From the NCBI GenBank assembly GCA_965644315.1, contig CBFFRQ010000031.1:62001-126000 (forward strand): 64,000 nt of DNA, in the 5' to 3' direction. The position numbers and the translations under genes were made by a program. Below, in pieces: positions 53,119-63,545 of the stretch (positions within the stretch are counted from its first letter, which is position 1; every line of letters begins with the position of its first letter). The notes beneath the pieces were generated by a model, which was not told the DNA's origin, searched no databases, and was given only the letters and a program-made list of their open reading frames with translations. This stretch comes from Caecitellus pseudoparvulus. Lineage: Eukaryota; Protista; Bigyra: Bicosoecida.

Positions 53119-55446
53119 ATGGCTCTGCCCACAGACGCCAGCTTGGCGAAAGAGTTTGACATTGCCTTCCTGGGCTCAGGCTTTGTGAACTCCATTGTTG
53201 CATCGTAAGAGGCCCGCCTGTGGCATTGGCAGCCCCCCTTTTGCCCAGCTCTGTGAACCCCCCGCCCCTGCAGGGCGCTCTCTCGTGTTGGCGTTCAGGT
53301 TCTGTGCCTGGAGCAGGTTGGTCCAGGCAGTGCCACGCAACTTCCGCACGCTGCACAGGTGCCTCGCACGCTCCACCTTGCACAGAGCGGGGTCTATGGC
53401 GATGAATGGGCATCCCTTACCCTTCCCGAGGCTGTCAAGTACTTCTCCCTGGACCACCCTTCCATCTTGAGCAGCTCAGCCCCGCTGGACGCGACAGCAG
53501 CTGACCGAGTTCGCTCAGCCACAGGGCATCCAAGCACGCCTGCTGCCTGCTGGGAAGCACATGCGCTTCCAGGCGCACCAAAGGAGATCCCTGCATCCCC
53601 AGCCCTTGACTTTGGAAACCCTGGCGACGACCGAGACTGGCGCATCATCTACCAGGCCTGCACACCTCTGCCTGCCAGCCTGGAGGCAGATGCAGCGCAG
53701 CGAGGGTGGACGCTGGACTTGCGGCCTGCCCTCATCGCCAGCCGGGGGCCCTTGGTGGATGCCCTCGTGCAGAGCAAGACAAGCGAGTACCTGGAGTTCA
53801 GGACGTGTGGCAGCGCCCGGGTGCTGATGCAGGGGCCAGGCGAGGCTGGCACGGCGCAGGTGTTTCAGGTACCCTGCTCCAAAGCAGACATCTTCCGGGA
53901 CTCGACGCTGACGTTGACTGAGAAACGCACACTGATGAAGTTCATGCTGGGGGTGGTGGACCTTGCCTCAGCCAGGGATACCTCCCACGCGCAGCGCCTG
54001 AACGAGGCGAGGCTTGCGCGTGGTCGAGCGCTGCTGCGGCCACAGAACAAGCCCACGTCTGCGGCAGCTGTGGCAGCCACTGACCAGCAATCCTTCCCCC
54101 ACGCATTGCAAGCGGCTGGGCTGTCTCCGCGCCTCGTCGCGGTGCTCATGCATGCAGTTGCGCTGGTGAACCCAGCCGCGGACCACGGCGGGCAGGCCAT
54201 GTCCGCTGCGGAGGGCATGCAGCGCCTGTGCTTGTACGTGGCTGCCGCGGGGCAGTTCGGCACCACCTCCTTCATCTTGCCGAGCTATGGCATGGGGGAT
54301 GTCACGCAGGCCTTCGTCAGGCTCAGTGCAGTGCACGGTGGCATATCCCTGCTGGGCATCGCGCCCGGGGCACTGCTGCATCCGCCCCGCCAGGCAAGCC
54401 CTCCCCAACCAGTCGCTGCAGGCGCAGATGTCGAGGCCGCGCCTGCAGCTGAAGCGCCGGTGGGAGACAAGGCACCCCCTTCGCCTGGCCCCCCCCCCAT
54501 GGCTGTGCTGACCAGCGGTGGTGTCGTGTTCAAGGCAGGCGCCGTTGTGTGCGGCACGCGGTATGTGCCGGCGTGGACCGTGGAAGGCCGACTGCTGCAG
54601 GGCCAGGCGTGCCCAGACACACACGCTAGCACGCTGCACTGTCGCGCCATGGGCTTGATCCGGCTTGGCGAAGCTGGGGGCACAGCAGCGGGAGAGGACG
54701 AGCAGACCAGTGTGGGGCGCAGCTACGCCGTCGCACTTCCAGGCATCGCCGGCGCCCCCGTCACAGCGGCAGCGCACATCTTGGCACTGGACACGACAGC
54801 CAAGGTGTGCCCGCCTGGCCACGCTGTCGTGCATGTGGGGGTGCAGGTGAGGGTGCAGCTGCCCGGTGAGGACGCCGAGGGGGCCGCTCAGGCTCTGCGT
54901 GAGGGGGGGCGGTCGGGCTGCGAGGCAGCGCAGCGTGTGTTGGAGCAGGCGGCCCCCCTGCTGTGTGGCGAGGACTGCGAGCTGCTGTGGCACGCCCAGT
55001 GGTGCGCCGTTGTCCCCTGGGTCATCGCCTCTGCCGTGCCTGCCGGGGTGGTGGTGGCAGGCGAGGGGCGTGTGGTGGGCAGCTTGCCAGGGGCGCAAGC
55101 AGCGCACTCACCACATGGGGATGGTCCAGGAACAGACACCCTGTTCTTCCATGGAGAGTACGATGCCGAGCTGGCACAGCAGCTGTTCGGGGCGCTCGTG
55201 GCTCCAGGCACGCCGTACTTCCCCCAGGCACAGGAGGCACAGCAGAAAGCGCAGAAGGCCGAGGAGGCACGGGAAACAGCGCAGGAGGCCAACCCGGCGC
55301 AGCTAGCAGAGCAGGCGCCGGAGGAGGAAGTCACTGCCACTCCGCCTGCCGTTGCCAACAGTCCGCAGCAGCCCGGCCCTACACAGCCGTCCCCTGGGGC
55401 TCTTGATGCTGCAGCACTGGCAGAATTGGATGACCTGGACTTTTGA
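53119..55446 (+). CDS. Rab escort protein (REP/CHM, GDI family)
   Basis: Introns 53205-53273 and 53317-53385. Motifs EFDIAFLGSG..SIVASALSRVG.QVL, YGDEWAS, SEYLEFR, VPCSKADIF..LTLTEKRTLMKF and PSYGMGDVTQAFVRLSAVHGG. Confidence 0.9.
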
Positions 55447-55615
55447 TGGGCAGTTCGAGGAGTGGCTTTGCCCTTGCACCACACCCCGCAAGAGAAGCCG
55501 CACGGAAACGCCAGCATCGCGCCCAGCGCGCCAAATCGTGGGTGAGGCTCAGACCGGGAATCCACGCTCATCTCAAAGTAGCCTTGTCTTGAATGTAGCA
55601 AGGTGACCACAAACC

Positions 55616-57048
55616 ATGGCCCGCAGCGCTTTGGCAGCTGTGGCAGTGGCGGCTGCCGCCGCCCTGGCAGCTGCCCAAACGCTGCCGGGCAGCAACATGC
55701 CGCCGCTGAACGTGGACCGCAATGACATCACTGTCTCCGGCATCTCAAGTGGAGGCTTCATGGCTGTCCAGCTTCATGTTGCATTCTCCGCCACGTTCAG
55801 CAAGGGCTTGGGAGTGCTGGCTGGTGCGTGGTGCAGTGCCTTTGCTTTGTGCACTGCACTTGTGCAAGCAGACCCTGCGCTGTGTCTATCCGCCCCCTGG
55901 CCACCCTTACCCCTCCCATGTACTTGGTATGTGGCTGTTGTGTGCACCCCTTGCTGGCCTGCTGCGCAGGTGGGCCGTACTGGTGCGCCATGGACAACGT
56001 GGAGATTGCCCTCACCAGCTGCATGTCGGTGGGGTACACCATCGACAGCAGCTACCTAGAGCTGGTGGCGAAGTGGACAGCGTACAGCGGCTTCGCAGAC
56101 CCCACCACGAACATGCGTGACTCCAACGTGTGGGTGCTGTCTGCCCAGCAAGACACCGTCGTGGAGACGGAGGTGGTGAAGAAGCTGGAGGAGTTCTACA
56201 CCTCGTACGTCGCCGACCCCTCCCGCATCAAGGGCGTGTACAACCAGAGCGGCGAGCACAGTCAGCTGACGCTGGACTACGGCAACGCTTGCACGACGCT
56301 AGCGGAGCCTTTCTTGAACAAGTGTGACTTCGACGCTGCAGGGGCGTTGCTGCAGCACATCTTCGAGGACTCCCTGGCGCCCCCGCCGTCCACCGCCTTC
56401 AACGGCACTGTGTACTCCTTCGACCAGGGCATCTTCTTCGACTCCAAGGTGTGGGCGGCCGCCTTTGGCATGGGGCCGACTGGGTTCGTGTATGTGCCCA
56501 AGCAGTGCGAGGCAGGCACCCAGTGCAGGCTGCACGTGGCCCTGCACGGGTGTGAGATGACGCAGAAGGATATCGGGCAGCAGTACGTGCTGCACGGCGG
56601 CTACAACTCGTGGGCAGATGCCAATGACATGGTGGTGCTGTACCCTCAGGCGTACACGAACGTGCTGAACCCCAAGGGCTGCTTCGACTGGTGGTCGTAT
56701 GCTGGCTTGTCCTACGCCTCCAACGTCGGCTCCCAGACACTCACCATCAAGCGCATGGTTGACAGTCTCACCGGGCAGGCCCGCACACCCAACGTGACCC
56801 TGTGCAACGGGCAGCAGGAGGCAGCCCTGGCAGCGTGGGTGGACAAGGCGCAGGCAGTGGACATCTCACACTCCACCGTGCTGCAGGCTGGCGCATTTGA
56901 CGATGAGCGCCTGAACGCGCAGCTGGGCGAGGGGCCGTGGATTGACGGGCAGCGGTGCTGGCCGTCCAAGGGCATGGCAGGCTTCATTCCAGGCTGGAAG
57001 GGCACCCCTAAGACATCTCTTCGGCGCCCCAGCTTGAGAGGACTTTGA
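55616..57048 (+). CDS. Secreted poly(3-hydroxybutyrate) depolymerase-like esterase
   Basis: Ala-rich signal peptide; lipase box ITVSGISSGGFMA; intron 55824-55969; AGGPYWCA, DTVV, GEH, GFVYVP..C, LHVALHGC, VLYPQ and NPKGCFDWW. Confidence 0.88.
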
Positions 57049-57289
57049 ATGCATGGGCTTGTGTTTGCTGTGTCAATCACTTGGGCAAGCATGCATGGCA
57101 CCAGCCTGCAGACGACACGCAGGGACAAAACAATCTTCAGCAAGTAGCAAGACTCCAGTGCGCTGTGCCCCTGTCGACGGACCGCGTGTGTGGACGCTGA
57201 GCAGACCCCTCCGGTGTGCCAGCACCAGCGCCACACCACAACGCCACCGGCCAGCCACCAGCCCAGCCACAAGCACAGCTTTCGCAACC

Positions 57290-58905
57290 ATGGAGACGCG
57301 CTCGCGGCGCCGAAGCAGCGGTGGTGCTCTTTCCAGCCGAAACCCCAACGCTCAGAGCAGTTCTGGCCTTCCAGTGCGTGCTGGAGGGCGTGGCGTGGCC
57401 TTGGCCAGGCGCGCCATCATCGTGCGCCTGCATTTGAGTTTCGCAGGGGCAAGAAAAATCGCGCTCAAGCCGAGCCGGACGGCGCAGGGTTGTCTCCACA
57501 GCAGCACACTCGACTGTGGAAGAAGCCACGTCAAGTTCTCTCCCAGATCAGTCCTCTGAAGGCAGCCGTGCTGGTGCAGTTGGCGCGGTGGCTAACGCCA
57601 GTGTCACAGGTGGCAAGGCCCGCGGCACCAAGCGCACTCGTGGCGAGAGCAAGGAGAAAGCAAGCAAGCAGGTCACGACAGTCTCTGCTGGCCAGGGCAC
57701 CGCGCGGCCGGGCGACGCCTCGGCTGCTGCAGGTTCTGGCAGTGTCGCGCCGCCTGAGGCCAAGCGTGCTCGGGTGGAGGACGAGGACCCAAGTGAGTCT
57801 GCGAGCTGGCGGAGCGTTGGAGCAACACAGGGCCTCGCTTGTGAATGACTGAACCACCGCTGCCTCGTACTCGCTTCGCAGTTCCCTCCGATGGCAGCGA
57901 CGCTGATCTTCACCAGCAGGCAGCAGCAGGCGCTGGCGCTCGCAATAAGCCATACACAGACATCGACTTGCTCAGAAAGGACTGTGCCAATCAGTTTTAC
58001 GAGTATGCGCCGGATATCTACGAGCACATGAAGGAGTTAGAGGTGTGTGGCTGCTAACGGCACGGGTTGCTCTTCAAATTCCGCGCGCAACCCGCGCTGC
58101 CTCCACCCCTCCCGCACAGATCCGCCACCCCATCAACACAAACTACTGCGAAGAAGTCCAGCGAGATATTAGGCCAAAGATGCGGGCAGTGCTTGTGGAC
58201 TGGCTGGTGGAGGTCATCGAGGAGTACCGACTGCTGCCCGAGACGCTGTACGCTGCTGTGCAGTACTTGGACAGGTACCTCTCAGTGCGGTCAGTGGACA
58301 AGCAGAAGCTGCAGCTGCTGGGCTGCGCGTGCATGCTCATCGCGGCGAAGTTCGAGGAGATCTACATGCCCATGGCGGGGGAGTTCGTGTACATCACGGA
58401 CTCGGCGTACACTCGGCAGGAGATCCTGGCCATGGAGGGCGAGGTGCTGCGGGTGCTGCAGTTCCAGGTCAAGGCCGCGACGTCCAAGCACTTCATGACG
58501 CGGTTCCTGCACGCAGCTGGTGCCGGCAAGTGGGACATGACCACCAACCTCACCAAGTACCTCTGCGAGCTGTCCCTGCTGGAGTACCGCTTCCTGCAGT
58601 ACCGGCCGTCGCAGATCACCGCCTCCGCCATCCTCATCGCGCGGCGCCTGCAGGGTATCATGCCTGAGTGGACCCCCACCCTGAAGCACTACACTGGCTT
58701 TGACTTGGAGGACCTGCTGGACTGCGCTCTGGACCTCACCTCCCTGCACCACGACGCCCCCACCTTGCCCATCACGGCGGTGTACCAGAAGTACACACAC
58801 TCCCCCTACATGCGCGTGGCCAAGGCAGTGGACCCACTGGAGTTGCCAGAGGATTACGTCAGGCCCCCCTCCTGCTCCTGCTCCCTGCGCGGCAACACGT
58901 ACTGA
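57290..58905 (+). CDS. A-type (mitotic) cyclin
   Basis: EYAPDIYEHMKELE; cyclin box MRAVLVDWLVEVIEEY..ETLY..LDRYLS..KLQLLG..IAAKFEEIY. The last intron is 58043-58119; the 5' exon structure is approximate. Confidence 0.92.
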
Positions 58906-59412
58906 GGCGCCTCCCCGCCCAGCCCGTGCACTGCCCGCAGCAGCAGCAGCCCCCTCTCCTTTCCCGTGTCCCCCAATGCACCCTCGCATCAGTGTGCACC
59001 AAGGCACACTTCTCGACGTCTGGACTGTCCACGACACTGGGCGGTGCCTCCATGCACGGCACTCTCCTCGCCGAGCACTGCTGCTCCCCCATCCACATCT
59101 GGGTCGCAGCCATGGACGTTAGGGCAAACCACGCTTCCAGGCTCGCAGCTTGGCGCAAGGGACGAGCAAGGTGCGTGCGATGGAACGCTTAGTGATGCAA
59201 CTGTGTAGCACATGCCATGCTCTTCATGCGCAGCTCGGAGAACCACGGCTCACTTGTGCAAGGCAAGGTGTGAGTGGCGCGGGCGGGTTGCGGAAATTGG
59301 CGCCCTACGCCGGAGCGCGCGGCCGCCCAGACGCACGCTGGGAGGCATGCAACCAGAAATAGCCGTGCCCAGCGAATCGACTGTGCACGTCTACTGTCTT
59401 TTACTGTGCAGG

Positions 59413-62046
59413 ATGCAACCTCGAAAGAGCCGAAGGGCCCTCGGGGCAGCCGAGGTGAACAACGGCAGCAACGTTGCTGCAACAGGCACTCGCAAGCCCG
59501 CGGTGCCCTCCCACATCGTCCCACGCCGCGCCCCCACCATCGTCAAGGACCATGTTGCTGAAACAAGTGAGCCCAGCAAGGCCGTCGCTGGCAGGGTGCG
59601 CCGGGCAGCCCCCCGTGTTGACTCGGGCATGCCCCGGCGTCGCTCCACCGCCTCGGGCGCCTCTGTGGCCAGCGCCACGAGCCAGGCCGGCGCCAGCCTC
59701 GCATCCAGGCGGCAGAAACGGCGCCTGGATGACAGCAGTGACAGTGTGGGCGCTGCACGCCCCCGCCCAGCAAAGGCAGGGGGCCACACCAAGCGACGCC
59801 GCGCCAGTGGCAAGGCGCCCACCGCTCGGCAGAAGAGCGTGCAGGTGCTGCTGGTGAGCCGCGTGAAGGAAGCACGCGCTGCCGCTGCCCTGGGGCAGGT
59901 GGACACCGCTCGCAGCGTGCTGTCCGAGCTGGCCTCCGCCGTCCCTGAGGTGCGCCAGCGGTCCCTGTACTGGGTGTACGCCGCCCGTCTGGAGGAGGGG
60001 CAGGGGGCGCCCCACGTCGCCATGGACCTGCTCATCCGCGGCAGGGAGGCGGTGAAGGCGGACCAGTGGGAGTACAACAACGTCAGCCAGGCGCTGCACG
60101 CCCTGGCCGGGCGCATCCCCCACCTCCCCTCCATCCTGGACTCTGCTCGTAAGCGCCGCCTGGCGTGGAGTGCCGCCCGCCCAGCCCTGCCACAGCCCAG
60201 CCCTGCGCCTGGGGCCAGCGACGCGCCCGTGACGGAGGCTGCAGTGGACTCTCCGCCGCCTGTCACGTCGCCTGCGGTGCCGCGGGCTCTGAAGTGGACA
60301 GCAGTCGCCCATGCCGCAGAGACAGCCACGCCCCCTGCCCCGCCAGCTGCGGAGGGGGTGGTGCCTAGCGCTAGCAGTCCACAGCCAGCTTGCCAGGTGC
60401 TGGACAGCCCTGACGGAGCGCCCACAGGGGAGGCAGCGGCGGCCCCCGCGTCCCCTGATGTGGCGCCTTCGCCCCCCCCCCTCACATCCAGCGCCATCAA
60501 GACTGCGCCCTCCCCTGACGTGGCGCCTTCGCCGCCACCCCTGGCCTCCAGCGCCATCAAGCCCGGTGCACAGGATGACGTGGCGGCGTCACCCCCCCTC
60601 GTGACGTCAGCGGCGCTGACTGCGCCCGTCGCACGCACGCCGAGCAGTGCCCTGCCCACGCCCCATGCTTCCGCCTTCAAAGCCCCGGGCACTGCCTCGT
60701 CAGGAGCATCCACAGTGCCCAGTCCCAGCAGCCTGGACGAGCAGGGGGAGGGGGAGGCGGCGGAGACGTCACCGGCGCAGGCCCCCATCACCCCCAGCCG
60801 CGTGATGGGGTCTGTGCCCGTCTTCGCGGCGGTGCAGGCCAGACCCAGCACCGCAGCAGCCATGGGCAGCCCTTGTGTGGCAGCCGTCGTGCGCCGGTCC
60901 GCCCGCATCGCCTGGACGGCGGGCTCCAAGGTCACAGGCGTACCGCCCACTGCCGTTGGCATCGCCGGCTCCCCCTGTGGCAGCTCTGCAGAGGGCTCTG
61001 TGGGTGGGGAGGTGCTACTGACGCCACTGCGGGGGAAGGGGCGGCACCCCGCTGCCCCTCGCTCCGCGCCAGCTGGCCCCGTGCCGGGGGATGACACCTC
61101 CATCACCTCCGCCTCCTCTGTGCTCGTGCCACAGGCCTTTGCTCGCACGCGGCAGGAAGTGCTGACGGCTGCAGAGTGGGCCGTGCTGCCCAACCCTGCA
61201 GCGGCCAGCCTGGGCAGCCCCATCAACGAGCACGCAGTCATGCAGCCCGTGTCAGCTGCCAAGAGCAGCCGCCCCGCCCTGTCCCCCATCGGCGAGTCAC
61301 CTGCCTCGCCAGGCATCGCGGGTGACTCCGCCAGCCCGGCCTGGCAGCGTGGCGGCGCGTGCTCCCCGGCACCCCTGAGCCATGGACGCCGGCGCCAGGG
61401 CAGGGGTGGCGTGCCGCCCCGTTCCCCCCGCACCCCATCCTGGTGCGACACAGTGGCCAAGTTCGTCGCGCACCGCCACGCAGCCCAGGCTGGCGTGCTG
61501 CCCAGTGACGTGCCGGTGACACGGGCCACGCTCGCCGGTGCGGCGCATGCCCAGGCGGCGCAGCAGCAAGCTGCCCATGCCGTGGCCAGCGGCAGCCCGC
61601 TGAAGGCAAGCCCTGTGGGGTCTCGCTCCAGCCGTGGTACGCCGCCACGACGGGGTGCCCCTTCGCCCCTCCGCACCGCCGTGCACCCAGCAGCCGAGCC
61701 AGCCGTGTCTCCGCGCATCATGCAGGGCGCGGCAGCGGCGGCAGATGCAGCTCTGCAGGTGGAGGTGTCGCGGCGCATGTCCTCCAGCCCAGCCCCCGCC
61801 GCTGCGGCGACTGCGGCACCGACCCCCGTGTCGGAAGGCCATCCTGAGACTGGCCCTGCAGCCAGCCACGCCATGGCCTCTCCCCCGCCCAGCCAACGGC
61901 GCAAGTCGCGCCGCATTAGCGCTGGCACTCCCCGACGTGGCGGCAGCGCGGGTACCAAGGCCACAGCAGACTCCACGCTGGTGTCCCCTGACCGTCGGTG
62001 TAAGCGGCGAGGCGGCGTGAAAACCACAACCCCCCGCCGGAAGTGA
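59413..62046 (+). CDS. CKAP2/TMAP-like low-complexity, S/T-P-rich protein
   Basis: D-box-like RRALG..N at the N-terminus, basic region, helical segment SLYWVYAARLEE..AMDLLIRG, later VVRRSARI, and many S/T-P sites; start uncertain. Confidence 0.5.
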   Translation: MQPRKSRRALGAAEVNNGSNVAATGTRKPAVPSHIVPRRAPTIVKDHVAETSEPSKAVAGRVRRAAPRVDSGMPRRRSTASGASVASATSQAGASLASRRQKRRLDDSSDSVGAARPRPAKAGGHTKRRRASGKAPTARQKSVQVLLVSRVKEARAAAALGQVDTARSVLSELASAVPEVRQRSLYWVYAARLEEGQGAPHVAMDLLIRGREAVKADQWEYNNVSQALHALAGRIPHLPSILDSARKRRLAWSAARPALPQPSPAPGASDAPVTEAAVDSPPPVTSPAVPRALKWTAVAHAAETATPPAPPAAEGVVPSASSPQPACQVLDSPDGAPTGEAAAAPASPDVAPSPPPLTSSAIKTAPSPDVAPSPPPLASSAIKPGAQDDVAASPPLVTSAALTAPVARTPSSALPTPHASAFKAPGTASSGASTVPSPSSLDEQGEGEAAETSPAQAPITPSRVMGSVPVFAAVQARPSTAAAMGSPCVAAVVRRSARIAWTAGSKVTGVPPTAVGIAGSPCGSSAEGSVGGEVLLTPLRGKGRHPAAPRSAPAGPVPGDDTSITSASSVLVPQAFARTRQEVLTAAEWAVLPNPAAASLGSPINEHAVMQPVSAAKSSRPALSPIGESPASPGIAGDSASPAWQRGGACSPAPLSHGRRRQGRGGVPPRSPRTPSWCDTVAKFVAHRHAAQAGVLPSDVPVTRATLAGAAHAQAAQQQAAHAVASGSPLKASPVGSRSSRGTPPRRGAPSPLRTAVHPAAEPAVSPRIMQGAAAAADAALQVEVSRRMSSSPAPAAAATAAPTPVSEGHPETGPAASHAMASPPPSQRRKSRRISAGTPRRGGSAGTKATADSTLVSPDRRCKRRGGVKTTTPRRK
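60451..60615 (+). repeat. Degenerate 60-bp coding repeat (about 2.7 copies; SPDVAPSPPPLxSSAIK)
   Basis: Units start at 60451 and 60511, with a degenerate third copy at about 60575. Confidence 0.7.
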
Positions 62047-62122
62047 GCCGGGGGGGGAGCAGGGCAGCAGATGCAGAGCATGCAGCTGGCCCGGAGTGTA
62101 TTGAATGCAGTGGTTCTGCGCC

Positions 62123-63028
62123 CTACCTCGCCTCCCACGGCTGCCCGAAGGTGTCAGCCCGCACCATGTCTGGCAGTGCGAAGCGTGGACTGCGCCGGGC
62201 CTGGGAGGGGTCCTCCGCGTGTGCCTGCCCCATGGAGATGATGAGGGGCACGTCGTACCTGCTGGGGATGTCCAGCGCCCGGGCGATGCGGTCTCCGTCG
62301 AAGCCCTCCATGGGACAGGTCGCCAGTCCGTGGGCCGTCGCCGCGAGCAGCATGGTGCTGGCTGCCATGGCCGTTTGCTTGTACGCCCACGCCGTGGGAG
62401 ATTGGGGTGTCGGCATGGGGGTCAGCGCGGATGCAGCCCGGATGAGGGTGGAGCGCACCAGGCTCGCGATGCGCGGCAGGGGGCCCGAAGCGAAGGCTGC
62501 CGCATTCATTGGCAGGGAAGCAAGGTACCCTTCGTGCGCCCCGCTGGACCGCTCCATCTGCACCACCGCGTCCACTCGGCGCAGGGACTCCAAATCAGCT
62601 GCGAATACAGCTGTCACGGCTGCGTCCTGCACACGCCAGGCGTTCGGGCCCAGGCACGCGTCCGCCACGGCAGCCTTGGCCTCCTCTGACTGCACCATGA
62701 CGATGGTATACGGCTGGAGGTTGAAGCCGGAAGGCGAACGCTGGGAAAGGGGTTGGGGGGCGAGGCAGTGGTGAGGGGCTTGCCTGCAGAAGCTGGAGTG
62801 CATCTCCGTACGCACCAGCGTTTGGGTCAGGATGTCCTCCAACACGTCAGGGGGTATCACGCTGTCTCGCTGGAAGCGCTTGCAGGACCGGCGCGTGTTG
62901 ACCACCTCCCGCATGACGTCAGCCGCTGAGGTGGATGCAGCACGATACCAAGCCCTGACCAGCGGTAGCCTGACGGTCTGCACCGCAAGACTCTGCGTCC
63001 CTGCTGCACAACAGCGGCGCAGCGCCAT
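62123..63028 (-). CDS. Nitroreductase-family flavoprotein, probable mitochondrial presequence
   Basis: TRRSCKRF; in-frame intron 62815-62741; SPSGFNLQP, MLLAATAHGLATCPMEGFD and SPRF; Arg/Ala-rich N-terminus without acidic residues. Confidence 0.9.
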   Translation of the reverse strand: MALRRCCAAGTQSLAVQTVRLPLVRAWYRAASTSAADVMREVVNTRRSCKRFQRDSVIPPDVLEDILTQTLVRTEMHSSFCRQAPHHCLAPQPLSQRSPSGFNLQPYTIVMVQSEEAKAAVADACLGPNAWRVQDAAVTAVFAADLESLRRVDAVVQMERSSGAHEGYLASLPMNAAAFASGPLPRIASLVRSTLIRAASALTPMPTPQSPTAWAYKQTAMAASTMLLAATAHGLATCPMEGFDGDRIARALDIPSRYDVPLIISMGQAHAEDPSQARRSPRFALPDMVRADTFGQPWEAR

Positions 63029-63545
63029 GGTGCTGAACGCTGGCGAAACGCAAGCAAGGCTGAAAACTGAGACGCCGCCTGGCGCCGCCTGCCACGCAGT
63101 AGTGGTACAGACAGCAGGTGATTTACTTAAGAGTCGAAATGCTGCTGTGATGGTCGTGTGATTTTTTTAATTTGGTGCACCCATCGCACGAAAAAGCAAC
63201 TTTTAGTACTCTGTGACATAAAGGAGAGCACAGCAGTAAAGAAGGGTAGTTACGCTTTCTTGGATTATTGCTTCCTGAAAGATGAACATGAATGCACCGT
63301 TTTGCATGCATACACAGATGCCCTCCGCACCATGGATCAAATCATCAAGCTCCAGGACCTCTGAGAGCCGTTTGGCTTGCTAGTCAAGGCGCACATGGCA
63401 ACAGTGCGCGCTGTGCAAGGCTGTTGCCGGGAAGGCGGCGCACAGGATTCCAACGAAGCAAGCCGGCGATCCAGCGGTGCTTCGGGCTGCACCGCCTGAG
63501 GCGCTTACCGCAGCCTTCCGTTTAGGGGTAGTGAGGAAAGGGTGA

